DNA from: Azolla caroliniana
Taxonomy: Eukaryota > Plantae > Polypodiophyta
Assembly: GCA_043228905.1 (NCBI GenBank)
Contig: JBHGNT010000014.1
Span: 3,038,001-3,102,000 of the forward strand
DNA: 64,000 nucleotides
Reading direction: 5' to 3'
Shown: piece by piece, positions 11,902 through 24,518 of the stretch
Numbering within the stretch: position 1 is the stretch's first letter
Layout: the number at the start of each line of letters is the position of its first letter
Position numbers and translations under genes: made by a program
Notes under the pieces: generated by a model
Database searches by the model: none
What the model saw: only the letters and a program-made list of their open reading frames with translations
Told to the model about the DNA's origin: nothing

Positions 11902-14900
11902 GGATCCTAACGTGGAATGTACAGGGCCTTGGTGGAGGCCGACAACACCAAGAGTGTAGAAGACTTCAGGAGGAGTTGAATCCCCTTAATATAGGGGGCC
12001 ATATTGACATATTGCTTTTGCAGGAACACCACCTCTCGCAAGAGCGAACTCAGAGCTTAGTAAACCCCTTGTCGGGTGGGTGGACCACATGGTGGTCGGC
12101 TGCGCAGGGTGACCTCCACCGAAGAGGAGGGGTCTACATCTCGATCAACGATAAGGCCCGATACGAAGTAACATCATCTGGCACGCTGGTGGAGGGTCGG
12201 GCCTTATACGTGCTTTTGAAATGGAATCGCCTACAGATTGGGGTGCTAAACATTTATGCCCCTAACTCAGCCCCTGAGAGAGAAATCTTTTGGAGGATGC
12301 TAGCGACAACATTACCTAATGTTGAGGCTTGGGTAATGGCAGGTGATTTCAACATGACTGAACACATGGGAGATAGGAAAGGAGGGACCCAGAGGCCTAT
12401 TTATGGTGCGGAGCTGGATTCATGGGCTTTCCTAATTGGCAAAATCGGGGTGAAGGATACATGGGGCTCTTCCCTTAGGCGAAGCTCACATTCGCTGCAC
12501 TTTTCTAGAGCCGCCGGGAATGCTAGGGGCGGTAGTCTTGCACGGCTAGACCGCATATACATCAACTCATCCCTCGAAGAGCTCGGGGGCTCCTTTGCTA
12601 TCTTGGCAGGCCTTACCTTTTCAGATCATCAGCCGGTGAGACTAGACCTTAACCCACCCAACGATAGCAAGGGCAGTCTCAATGTAAAGATCCCCATAAA
12701 GATCATGAAGAGTGAAGAGGTGAAGGCCGGTTTACAGAGTATATGGCAGGACACCATGGGCAGTGAATCAGCCAGCGAAGATCTACAGAAAAAATTGGCC
12801 CTCTCCTCCTCCTTTTTACAACAAGAGACCAAGCGCGCCCTCCAACAGGTTAGAGCCATTGAAACAAAATTAAGGAAGGCCGTTGCAGCAGCGCAACGGC
12901 TGTTACAGGTAGACCCTGGTTGCAAATGGTCTAGAGCTAAACTAGAGGAAGCAAAGATGAAGGTACATGAAAGGACTTTGGAGAAGAACCGAATGTTGTT
13001 TCGAAGAAACGCAGCATGGTGGGCTAGAAAAGACGACAAGGTCAACCGACATTTCTTTCACTACAAGGCACCCAAGGGTGGTGGTGGACGTATACACGGG
13101 CTGCGAAAACCAGACGGCTCAATAACGGAGGACAAGACTGAGGTTCTGGAAATGGCAACACAATACTATCGTGACCTCCTCGCACCTATGCATGTGCGGC
13201 AAAACTCGGAGCTGGCTGATCGAGTGATGTCTTGCATTCACCCCAAGGTAACCCAAGAGATGGAAGTTGTGCTCGATAGTCCCATCTCTCGTTTAGAGCT
13301 CTCGGAGGCACTTAGGGGATTGCGAAGGGGTGCATGCCCCGGTCCCGATGGTCTCTCACGAGATTTCTTCGAGATTCATTGGGAATGTGTTATCCCGTCC
13401 TTGGAAGCCGGGTTCCAAGAGATTTGGTCCTCAGGAAAGATGTTGATTGGTCTGGCTGAGGGGATGATATATCTCATCCCCAAATCCCAAGAGCAAAGCC
13501 TAGAGTTGCGCCAATGGCGTCCAATCACGATCCTTAACACGGCATACAAGATACTCGCTAAAGTCCTAGCTCAGCGATTAGCAAGCTTCTTACCGGACAT
13601 CATACACGACAATCAAACTGGGTTTGTCAAGAACAGGTGTATCTTTGATAATGTGTTGCTTCTTTGGGAAGCTATGGCATTGGCCGGTCGCTCCGTATCG
13701 AGCTCGGCTATTCTGATGCTAGACTTCGAGAAGGCCTACGATAGGGTGTTATGGCCCTTTTTGGAAAATGTGATGAGAGCTTTGGGCCTACCTCAAAAAT
13801 GGAGGAATTGCACTTCTGCACTCTATCGGACAGCTACGAGTAGTGTGCTGATGGCTGGATCTAGGGGACCCACCTTCCAACTACAACGCTCAGTGAGGCA
13901 AGGTTGTCCCCTAGCCCCATATCTCTATCTCTTTATAACCGAGGCTTTCTCCGCCTACTTACAAGCACCAACTAGCGGGTTGCGGGGATTGCCCATCCCC
14001 AATGTGACTGAAGATTTGTTGTTATCTAAATATGCCGACGATACGGTTCTTTTCTTGCAAGGTGATGAGGAGAATTTACAGCGGGCTGAACATCTTGTCG
14101 AGGACTTTTGTCAGGCGGCTGGTGCCAAGATCAATTGGAATAAAACCCAAGGTCTATGGTTCAGCGAACAGGAGACACCAAGATGGCAACCCCATGCCGA
14201 TTTTACATGGGTCCCTAGTGGGACGGCTTTCAAGTACCTTGGATTTACGATGGGGAGGTCAATCCCCAAGGGAGCGCAATTGGCCCACGTACAAGCCAAA
14301 ATAAGTAAGAAGCTGAACCAGTGGAGTAGATCTAAATTGTCCTTCGCTGGTAGGGTCCTTGTGGCGAACCAAGTGCTGCTCGCTACCATGTGGCACTCAG
14401 TCTCATGCTGGATTATGGACCCTGCAGGTTTGCACGCGATTAAGGCTGCCATTAGGGGGTTTATATGGTCAGGTAAGGACAACCCAAGGGCTGCCGCTAG
14501 AGTCTCGTGGTGTTGGTTAACGCAACCGCGGGCCAAAGGGGGGCTTGGCCTCATAGACCCCTTAATGCAGAGTCGTGCATTGCTGGCTAAAATGGTGGTT
14601 CGCTGTCTCCTGCCAGGTAAGGGGTGCTGGAAGGTACTTCTTCGCAACAAGCTGCAAGTAGGGACTCCCAAGTATGGTAGGCCTTGGCCCGACTCCTTGA
14701 ATTGGTGTTGCACGAGTGGAGCCCCACCCAGGCTGGCTTGCCATCCGGAGGATAGGGTCACGAACTCCATCTTGCGGGCATGGTGCCATATACGACAGCA
14801 TTTGGTCAAGCACACCCCGGAGACATTGACCGAATGGACTAGACAGCCACTATTCTGGAATCCTCATGTGCGAACGAATGACAACACGATGCTAGGGCAA

Positions 14901-16211
14901 CTTAAGGGCCTAGCATGGGGAAAGTTGGCACAAACAGGCCTCCTATCTATAGACGATTGGAGACGCATGGCTGATTCAGGAAGAGCCCAAGAGGACCTTT
15001 TCCCTCCCCTCAAGGGAGCTACGAAAATGCGGAGACTGATAGTTGAGGCAGTTGACAGGGTTCCAATGGGGGAGGCGAGAGAACATGCATGGTTCGGTCT
15101 CTTTGACGAGGCTGGAATGGTCAAGTCGCTAAAGGGCATGAGCGGATCGGGGAGTGATACAGTTTTTGGGGACAGCCAGAGTAGCGGCTCTTGGCACCCA
15201 ATCCGAGTGGTGGCACAGATTGATAACATCTGGAAGACAGACCCGGATGTTGCTAAGGTGGAACCCCATTGGAGGTTAAGGGTATATGGTTGTCGCCCCC
15301 TTGTCGATCTGGATTGGGACCCCGGGGATTTCAGATGGAAACATAACGATAGACTCCACCACTTCTTCGATTACACCACTAAATTGGGTCGGACTTTGCA
15401 ATTGCAGCGAGGCGGCCCCCTTCGCAACGGTTGGCGAACATTGGGCATCCCCGATGAGGCGCTCATTGCCTTTTGGAAGGGTCTTTGGCGTCTCCACATG
15501 CCTGAAAAGATCAAGCTCTTTTGGTGGTAGATTGGTCATAATGTGGTGCCCGTTGGCGAATGGTTAGATAAACGTGGCGGCCCGTTAGGCTGCCCACTGT
15601 GCTCTCTACCTATTGAGTCTCTGAGACATTGTTTGTGGGATTGCCCTCAAGCTCAAAAGGTATGGGATAGAGTGACTCGCCTCCTTGTGGCATGTCACGT
15701 TGAAGGAACGGCCTCGTGGAGTGCTGCGGCATGGATTGATCACTCGGTCGAAGGGTGGACGGACGCCGTCAATGCGGATAGTTGGTGCTATGTATGCACG
15801 AGAGGCAAAATCGTCAAGATCCGTTTTGAAAGAGGCTTGCAGCCCGCATCCCCTAGGTTTCCGGAAATCTGGATGTTGATCGCAGGTTTCACCTTGTGGT
15901 ATATATGGAAAGCGCGTTGCCTCAAGGTCTTCCAAGGTACGGTACGGCCCCCGGAGGAAGTGATCATGGACATATGGTTCGCACTTATCAGCTGCCTACG
16001 AGGGCAACTGGAAGAGGTTTGCAGCCACTCCAACGACGTGACCACTGCTCGTTTGCGCTTTTGGCAGAAATGGCAGAACACACCTATGGTGATGCAAGGC
16101 GGGAGTGGCCTGAGGTGGAACTACCAGCCCCCACGTTGGTTGTTTCCTATTCACCTGCCACCCTCTCTTCGGTGTAGGCCCCAAGAGCCGACTCGTACGA
16201 GGCAACATTGA
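11898..16211 (+). CDS. LINE ORF2: APE endonuclease - reverse transcriptase - C-terminal zinc-binding domain; one in-frame TAG at 15528-15530
   Basis: TWNVQG, LQEHH, NIYAPN, GDFN, RLDR, SDH; PGPDG, WRPI, LDFEKAYD, RQGCPLAP, YADD; CPLC..ESLRHCLWDC in the same frame after the stop. Confidence 0.93.
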
Positions 16212-18986
16212 AGGGCATTGCCTTGGATATAGGTAGCTTCTTACATTAAGTTAGGCCGCAAGGCAATGTAAGTGGCTCATCTTCTTTGGCTTGATCGGAG
16301 GAAGTCTCCCCGATGTGTGTATAAATCTCCTTATAGACTCTATGTAATAATCCTTCCTAACTAATGGGAAAGTAGCTTTACTTTGAAAAAAAAAAAATGT
16401 GCATAATATCTATGTAAATAATTAATGTATGTATATATGTACTATTTAGTGTATGTATGAATATTTATATGTACATATGTGTATATATCTAATATGTGGA
16501 ACGTGTATGTATGTATGAATACATATATGTCCATGTACGAATGTACATATGTGTATATATCTAATATGTGGAACGTGTATGTATGAATACATATATGTCC
16601 ATGTACAAATGTACATATGTGTATGCATATGCATATGTAATGTATGTGTATGCATATATACATATGTCAATGTACACGATTTAATTTGTATGGATGTGTG
16701 ATTGTAATATGTGCACTATATCTATGTATATATCTAATGTAAGTATGTGTATGTATATATGTACTATTATAGCGTGTATGACCATGTGTGTGTGTGCGTA
16801 TGTGATGATATCTATGTACATATGTAATGTATGTATGTATGTGTATGTCGTATACATATGCAATGTATGTATGTGTATGCACGTATATAATGTATGTATG
16901 TATGTGTATGCATGTATATATGCGTATGGATATATACATGTAGAATTGTATAAATGAATATGTGTATGTACATGTACATGTACGAATGTACATATATGTA
17001 TATATGTATGTAATATGTAATGTATTTATGTATGTATAATTTCGGGGTATTTTCGTGTTTAGTATGTGTATGGCTCATATAAGGATGTACGTTTGCAATA
17101 TACACATAATATATATGTATATGTCCAATGTATGTGTAAGTATACATATATCCAACGTGTGTGTATGTATATTGCATGTATATATATGGAATATGTATGC
17201 ACATATGTAATGTCTAAATGTGTGTGCATATATGCATATATGTCAATGTGCATGGATGTGTGTTTGTAATATGTATGTATATATTTAATGTATGTATGCA
17301 TATATATATGTGTATATGGTGATATGTATGTACATGTATGAATGTATGTATGTGTATATATGTAATGTATTTATGTATGTATATTTTCGGGGCTCGTATA
17401 TGGATGTATGTATGTATGTAATATGCATGTATATATCCGATGTATGTGTAAGTATACATATATCTAATGTGTGTGTATATATATATGTAAGTAATGTAGT
17501 TTGCATGGTTTCGTATAATCTATATATATGGTGATATGTGGAATATGTATGTCTATATGTAATATATCTATGTATGTATATATGTAATGTATGTATGTGT
17601 ATGTAAATTTGTTTATTGTGTAATATGTATGGACTATATGATATCTAATATCTAATTTATTTATGTGTGTTGTGTATATATATTATATATACGTAAATAA
17701 TATATGTAACTTTTTGTATGTGTGAAAATTTGTAAGACATATAATATGTAATCTTATGTATTAATATGTATGTGTATGTATATATAATATGTAATTGATT
17801 TATTTACGTATATTTTTTGTGTTTGGTATGTATATGTACATATATGAAGTTCACATATAATTGTGTATAATGATATATGTGTGTAATATGTGCTATATAA
17901 AATATGTTTGTAAGAATGTGTAGTATAATATATTATGTATACTACACATTCTTACAAACATATTTTATATAACACATATTACACACATGTATGGTGATAT
18001 GTGGAATAAGTATGTGCATATGTAATATATCTATGTATGTATATGTATAATGTATGTAAATTTGTTTATTGTATAATATGTATGGATTATATGATATCCA
18101 ATATCTAATTTATTTATCTGTGTGTGTGTGTGCGCGCACGTGCGCGTGTATATATACATACATATATAATATATGTAACTTGTTTGTATGTGTGAAAATT
18201 TGTAAGACATATAAAATAATATGTAAACTTATGTATTAATATGTATGTGTATGTATATGTATATATAATATGTAATTTATTTATTTGAGTATATTTTTTG
18301 TGTTTGGTATGTATACATATATGCAATTGCATATAATTATGTGTATAATGATATATGTGTGTAATATGTACTATATAAAATATGTTTGTAAGAATGTGTA
18401 GTATATATATATATGTCAATATATATGATTGATTCTAATATATATATATGGCTGATTATACATACATATATATACATGCATACATACATACATATGTATG
18501 TATGTATGAATGTATTTATATATGTAGTATGCAATGTATTTATGTATGTGTATGTAAATATTTACACATGGTAATATATATTTGTACATATATTTACGTT
18601 TAGTCAAGTATGCATGTATAAATTGGTGTAATGTATGTATATATACATATTCATGGATGTAATGTTTGAATGTAGGTACATATGTATGCATGCATGTATA
18701 TGTATGTATGTATGAAAGAGTATATGTATATATGCTACTCCAAATTTGAGTATTGTTTGCATAATACTTGTTTACTATCTCATTAAAATATCTAATATTT
18801 CATGGGCTTATGTAATTTTTTTTCTAGCATAATTGATAATATACCCTTATCTAAATATATATTTCAAATATTTATTAATACCCTTATATATATACATTAT
18901 GTACTTGAATGGCTCATTTAAACCCCTTTTGTTGAACTCACGTGCTATCGTACAAGTTTCAACAGTGAAGCCCCCGGGGCCGACAT

Positions 18987-20639
18987 ACTTCATGCATGAC
19001 AATTTCGGCGGTTTCCTCACTTGAGATTTCCTTAGTACATGGCAGGAAATGGGCCATCTTCGTATATCAATCTACTACTGTTAAGATCACATCGAATCCC
19101 TTAGAGACCGGAAGATCTGTGATGAAATCTAGAGCAATGGATTGCCACGGCTTGCTTGGAATTGGTAATGGTTCTAATAAACCATATGGATGATGCCTTG
19201 GCATTTTTGCTCTGCAACATGTATCACAAGTCCGAACAAAATCTTCGACAAATTGTCACATATGGGGCCACCAAAATGATCGTTGTACTAAATCTAATGT
19301 TTTAGTACTACCAAAATGCCCAACTGTATATGTGTCATGACAGTTTTGGACTTCTCGAAGGCGACAAGAACCATTAAGAACATACAAGAGTTTCTTAAAG
19401 AATAGTAATCCATCATGACATTCGAATTTTTCGATAGTCCGTACCTGGTTGTTGCGATTGTGAACAAGATGCTCAAGAGGAATCAATTTATGCTAGAATG
19501 GCTTGGGCAAAAGCATCTGTCTTCAAGTCCTCACGTATGGTATCGATAACGTGGGAATCCAAGGGCATACTGAAGACTTGCGTTGCTTGCAGTCATGCTG
19601 GTCCCAAGATTACTTGCTTTTGGTTATCAAAAGTTGGCTCACCTGGATGCGGTACTAGATACGAGCACCATGATAATGCCTCTGTCTTTCCTTGTTGCTT
19701 CCCTAGATGATATGTAATTTTGAATTCGAAACGAGTGAGGAATTGGGCCCACCGAGCTTGACATCGATTTAACACACGAGCATTCTGAAAGTAGGCAAGG
19801 TTTTCGTGATCACTGAATACAATGACTTGATGAGAAGATCCCTCTAGAAAATGCCTCCATTGCGTAAAAGATTCCATTATTGCTAATAGCTCCTTATCAT
19901 GAATTTCGTAGTTGATTTCGGTGGCGTCAAACTTGCATGAGTGGAAAGACATAGGATGGAGCTTTTCATCATTGCCATGTTGTGACAGAATGCTAGCCAA
20001 CGCGAAATCCAACGCGTCTGCTTCGATGATGAATGGTTTTTTCGGATCAACATGAGCCAGAATAGGAGGTGATGTAAATACCTTCTCAAGATTCTCAAAA
20101 TCCATGTCTGCTTCTTCAAATCAAACGAACAATTGTCCCTTCCTGGTGAGTTGTGTAAGAGGCAGAACAAGCTTTGAGTAATCCTATATAAACTTGCGGT
20201 AGAAATTGGCAAAGCCTAAAAAGCATTGCACATCTCTCAAGAACGCGGAGTTTGCCACTCTAGCATCGTTTTGACCTTAGTTGGATCCATGGAGATGTCT
20301 TGCAAGGAAATGACATAGCCTAGAAATACTATCTGGTTGCACTCGAAACTATATTTTTCTAGCTTTGCATAAAGACCATGTTCTCGAAATCGTTTTATTA
20401 CTAACAATACATGAGAATCATGCTCTTCTTGGGTCTTCGAATAAACCAGTAGATCATCCAAATAGATGATCAAACAAACATCCAAGAGATCTCGGAATAT
20501 ATCATTTGCCATGTGTTGGAAGACTACTGACGCATTAGTGAGGCAGAATGGCATGACCGTATACACAGTCTTCCATTCATCTCCTGGTTGGATCCTTACG
20601 AGGTTATATGCTCCTCATAAGTCGATCTTTGTGAAGAAC
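18987..20639 (-). pseudogene. RT-RNaseH-integrase N-terminal part of element F
   Basis: YLDDLLVYS; ADALDFA..YEIHDKELLAI; HD...GHFG...C..C; frameshifts. Confidence 0.9.
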
Positions 20640-20725
20640 TGTAAAGAATAGCGTGCGGAAACAATAGGAAATCGAATGCAGAAAATACGTAGGTTTAATG
20701 GAGAGCTTGTATATGCACAGTACGC

Positions 20726-20756
<31 letters not shown>

Positions 20757-23286
20757 CACAACAAAACTAGATTCAAAACAATACTCAATCTATACATAGA
20801 ATGTGCTCAGTGAGCACTTTTATACAAGTCCATACGGACTGATAGAAGTACTGACACGTACTTCAATGCTCATAACTGAGCTCTACGCTAACTCCCAAAA
20901 TATATTCCTACGCGGAATATCTTTCCAACGGCCTCACGGTTTATGCACCGCTACGGCTTCTTATTACGCACCGGTTTGCGTACTAGTTTACGCACCCGTT
21001 TTACGCACCAGTCCGGCCTAACCGATCGGCCCCAACTGATCTGGTTCTCGGCAATCATAGCCAATCCGTCCAATGTTGAGCTTATATCTCAACACTCCCC
21101 CTCAAGCTCAACTTGAGGTTCCATCTACTCTTCTGGATCTGCTCTCCGGTTCCTTTTGGCTTCACACCTCGCTCGCGCTCCTCGACCCGTTCGATTCCGC
21201 GCGCCTTGACCCTTTTGGTCGGCTTGTCTGCTCACACGGCTCTTCCTAGCTTCCTTGCTGTTGCGGTGTTGGCGCCTCTTCTGCTGACCTTCTCTTCCGC
21301 TTGGCCCTTGGTTGGCTTCAGCTCTTCCTTTCGACTGATCCCCTTATGTCTGCTTTCGGAATCTTTCGCGGGTCCTCCCTCGGCTTCTTCAGCCGATCCG
21401 AAATTGAATTCGTTATCTGACTCGGCGTCGTAGTCTTCGTCTTCCGGAACTTCTCTCCCTCTTCCGTGGTCATTCGGGACGTCTCTCCCCCTCAAGTTCG
21501 GCACATCGAGGTGACGCAACCCAAGCACACCCGAGAATTGCCGCAACTAGTCCAGACTAAGAGGCTTGGTGACGATGTCGGCGTTCTGCCGATCCGTCGG
21601 AACATACTGAAGTTCGACTTCACCGGAGAGGACACGCTCATGGACGAAATGGTAGTGCACCTCAATATGCGTAGTCCAGGCGTGGAAGACGGGGTTCTTA
21701 GCTAGCTGGATGCTGTTGAGGTTGTCGCAGTAGATTGTCGTTGGATCGGATACCTCCACCTGCAGATCCTTAAGTAGTTGTTTCAAGCATATGGCTTCGC
21801 ACGTCGCGACAGCCGCTCCTCTATACTCGGCTTCAGTGCTCAACAGCGCAATTGTCGGCTGCTTCTTGCTACTCCACGCGATCGCGGCACTCCCAAGAGA
21901 GAACGCGAAATCGGACGTGGATCGGCAATCGTCGGCGTTTCCGGCCCAATCAGCATCGATGTAACTGACCAACTGCACGGCAGTATCGGCCCGATATAGT
22001 AGCCCCCGGTCCTTAGTGCCATTGACGTACCGGAGTACGCGTTGTGTGCACTGAAGGTGCTCCTCGGTCGGTCGCGCCATGAACTGACTAATCACCCCGA
22101 CCGGGTAGCTGAGATCTGGTCGGGTGATGGTCAAGTAAATAAGGCTTCTGACTATCTGTCGGAACCTCGTCAGGTCAGATACCTTTCCAGAATCGGGGTG
22201 AAGCTTGACGGTTCTATCCAGAGGAGTCAAGACAAACTTACAGTCGGCCATCCCAAATTTGAAGAGCATATTCAGCGCGTAATGACGGTGGCTGATCAAT
22301 ATGCCTTCGAGGGTACGGATCACTTCGATCCTGAGGAAGTAATGAAGGTCCCCTAGATCCTTCATGTCGAATGATGCCGCGAGCCGGAGCTTCACGCCAT
22401 CTATCTCACCTAGGTCAGCGCCGGTGATGACCAAGTCATCAACATAAAGTAAAATACTAACCGGCCCGAGTCGACCTTTCCGAATGAACAGTGAGGAGTC
22501 TGATTTTTACGTCACAAAGCCCAACCGACACAATCATTGCGTGATCTTTGCGTTCCAAGCACGCGGGGCTTGCTTTAGTCCCTAAAGGGACTTCTTCAAT
22601 TGGCACACCGCCGAAGTGTTCGTTCTGGAGTGAAAGTCGGGGGGTTGTACCATGTACAACTATTCCTCAAGCTCACCTTGCAAGAACGCATTCTTTACAT
22701 CCATCTTATGTAAGTGCCACCCCTTTGCCGCAGCGACCGCGAGCAAAACACGGACGGTCGTCATCTTCGCAACCGGCGCAAATGTCTCATCGTAGTCAAT
22801 GTCGTGTTTCTGTGCGTAGCCTTTTGCTACTAACCGGGCCTTGTATCGGTTGACCGAGCCGTCGGTGTTGTGCTTGACCTTGTACACCCACCTACATCCG
22901 ATCGGCTTCACACCTTTCGGTGCGTCAATCAGGTCCCATGTTTCATTCTCCGCCAATGCGCGCATCTCTTCCTCCATTGTGGCACGCCAATTCGCGTCCT
23001 TCGCCGCTTCTGCGTAGCCCTCCGGCTCACGCACTTCCGCTACACGCGTCATGTACGCATAGTGATGCACCATGTACTCGTTGTATCCGAACCGCACAAC
23101 AAGGTTCTTCTAGCAGGTTGATCAGCGTAATTGCTCATTAGCCGATTTTGAGGCTTCCTTGGGCGACACAAACTTCGGTCTCGAAGACCGGTCGTCACTT
23201 CCCTCGGAGTCGAACTCGCGTCGATCCGACTCGTTCCTATTCGTGTCGTTATCCGACACCTTCTTCTTCCCTTTTTCTTTGCGCAT

Positions 23287-24518
23287 TGTTGTGAAGATCC
23301 GTCACTACACGCGGATCGCGAGACGGAACCATCGGGGTTCTGGACCAGAAGGATTCGAAGTTGACGCAAGCTTTAGCGAGAAAGTACTTAAGCTAGATTG
23401 AAAGAGAGAGAGAGCTTGAGATAGAATAGAACGCTTGACTTTAGATTGAGAGAGATTAAGATTGAACTCTTGATTTTAGATTTTAAGAAATAAGTTACAC
23501 GATCAATTTGATAACGATTTTTCTTCTTCTTAATTTCATAACCAAAAAGCCTAACCCTTCTTCTTTTTCCATCCCTTCTTTTATAGATGCTCTCATGCAT
23601 ATGATGCATGTGAGGATACAAGACATGCATAAAATGCATGTTTGCCATTTGGCGCTCATGTATTACATGTGGTGCATGATAACCATGTCACTCATTTTAG
23701 CTCTCATGTATGAGAATTTATATGTAAAAGTACAATGATAGAAATATAAATGCAACTAAATGTCATGGCTTAGTGGTGAGCCTACTGACTCTTAATTAGA
23801 AGGTGCAAGGTTTGAATCCTCATTTGCCCTCCTTGTGTATATATATATGTATATGTGTATACATATATTTATTTATATATTTATATATCTATCCGGTCGA
23901 CGGATGTCAGATGACGTCGGTTCGCCGGAAGCCAGTCGTCGCCAGTTACCGTCGGTTGCCGGATGACGCCGGTTATCGTTGATCGCCGGTTGCCGACTGG
24001 CGGTTCCGTCGCTAGTTGTTGGATGCCGGTTACCGTTTGGTCACCGGATTCCGGTTCCGTCGCCAGTTGCCGAATGTCGGTTACCTTTCGGTCATGCCGG
24101 ATGCTGATTACCGTTTGGTCACCGGATCCCGGTTCCGTTGCCGGATTTGATTGGGCAAAACCTTTGCAAGTAGCCAGGCCACACCCATTTATCCAATAGT
24201 TTAGTTCAAGTCACCTTGAACTCTCTATGCTCCACACATAGACACAAATATAATAGCTTTTGCTCTACCTTATATATGGTGAGATCATTATTTCCTATCT
24301 ATGTGGGATATCTCATAGGTTTATTTTTCTCTTCTTCCTTCTCATACTTCACTCCCACATAACTTGTCCCTTAGATGTCCATTTTTTATGTGGTAAAGCA
24401 CATTTGAAAGCTCTTGAAGACCTCCATCTTTTTGTACTAAGATATTAAACTTACTTAGAATTAGTATATTCACTATTATTGTTTTATATGATTGACACTT
24501 GATTTCGTACGTCTTATG
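23287..24518 (-). mobile_element. Partial LTR of an unrelated element inserted in copia A (one end missing)
   Basis: Starts TGTTGTG at 23287 and resembles the end of solo LTR 50493-51282. Minus-strand TATA near 23580. Comparison with copia B shows adjacent copia sequence is deleted; no TSD recovered. Confidence 0.6.
23762..23828 (+). ncRNA. tRNA-Lys(CTT)-like remnant in the partial LTR; related cassette at 51117-51175(+)
   Basis: A box TGGCTTAGTGG, anticodon-arm-like CTGACTCTTAATTAG, B box GGTTTGAATCC. Confidence 0.55.

Larger units (their letters stand above)
9997..16396 (+). mobile_element. Full-length L1-clade LINE
   Basis: 13-bp TSD ATGTGCATAATAT at 9984-9996 and 16397-16409; poly(A) at 16386-16396; ORF1 + ORF2. 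Confidence 0.95.
9200..18740. repeat. Degenerate (TATG/TA/TG)n low-complexity satellite with higher-order repeats, split by the LINE
   Basis: Runs such as (TATG)n at 9870-9920; recurring CAATGTACATGATT at about 9704, 9943 and 16668; similar tracts at 5970-6150 and 8105-8200. Confidence 0.9.
5770..18978. mobile_element. DNA transposon with 15-bp TIRs and 8-bp TSD (hAT-like TSD length; superfamily unassigned)
   Basis: TIR CCCGGGGGCTTCACT at 5770-5784 and AGTGAAGCCCCCGGG at 18964-18978; TSD GCCGACAT at 5762-5769 and 18979-18986. It interrupts the F integrase. Confidence 0.9.

Noticed and set aside
16442-18691. Many short His/Tyr/Ile/Cys-rich ORFs (also 5904-6312 and 8895-9940)
   Set aside because: Translation artefacts of (TATG/TA/TG)n low-complexity DNA.
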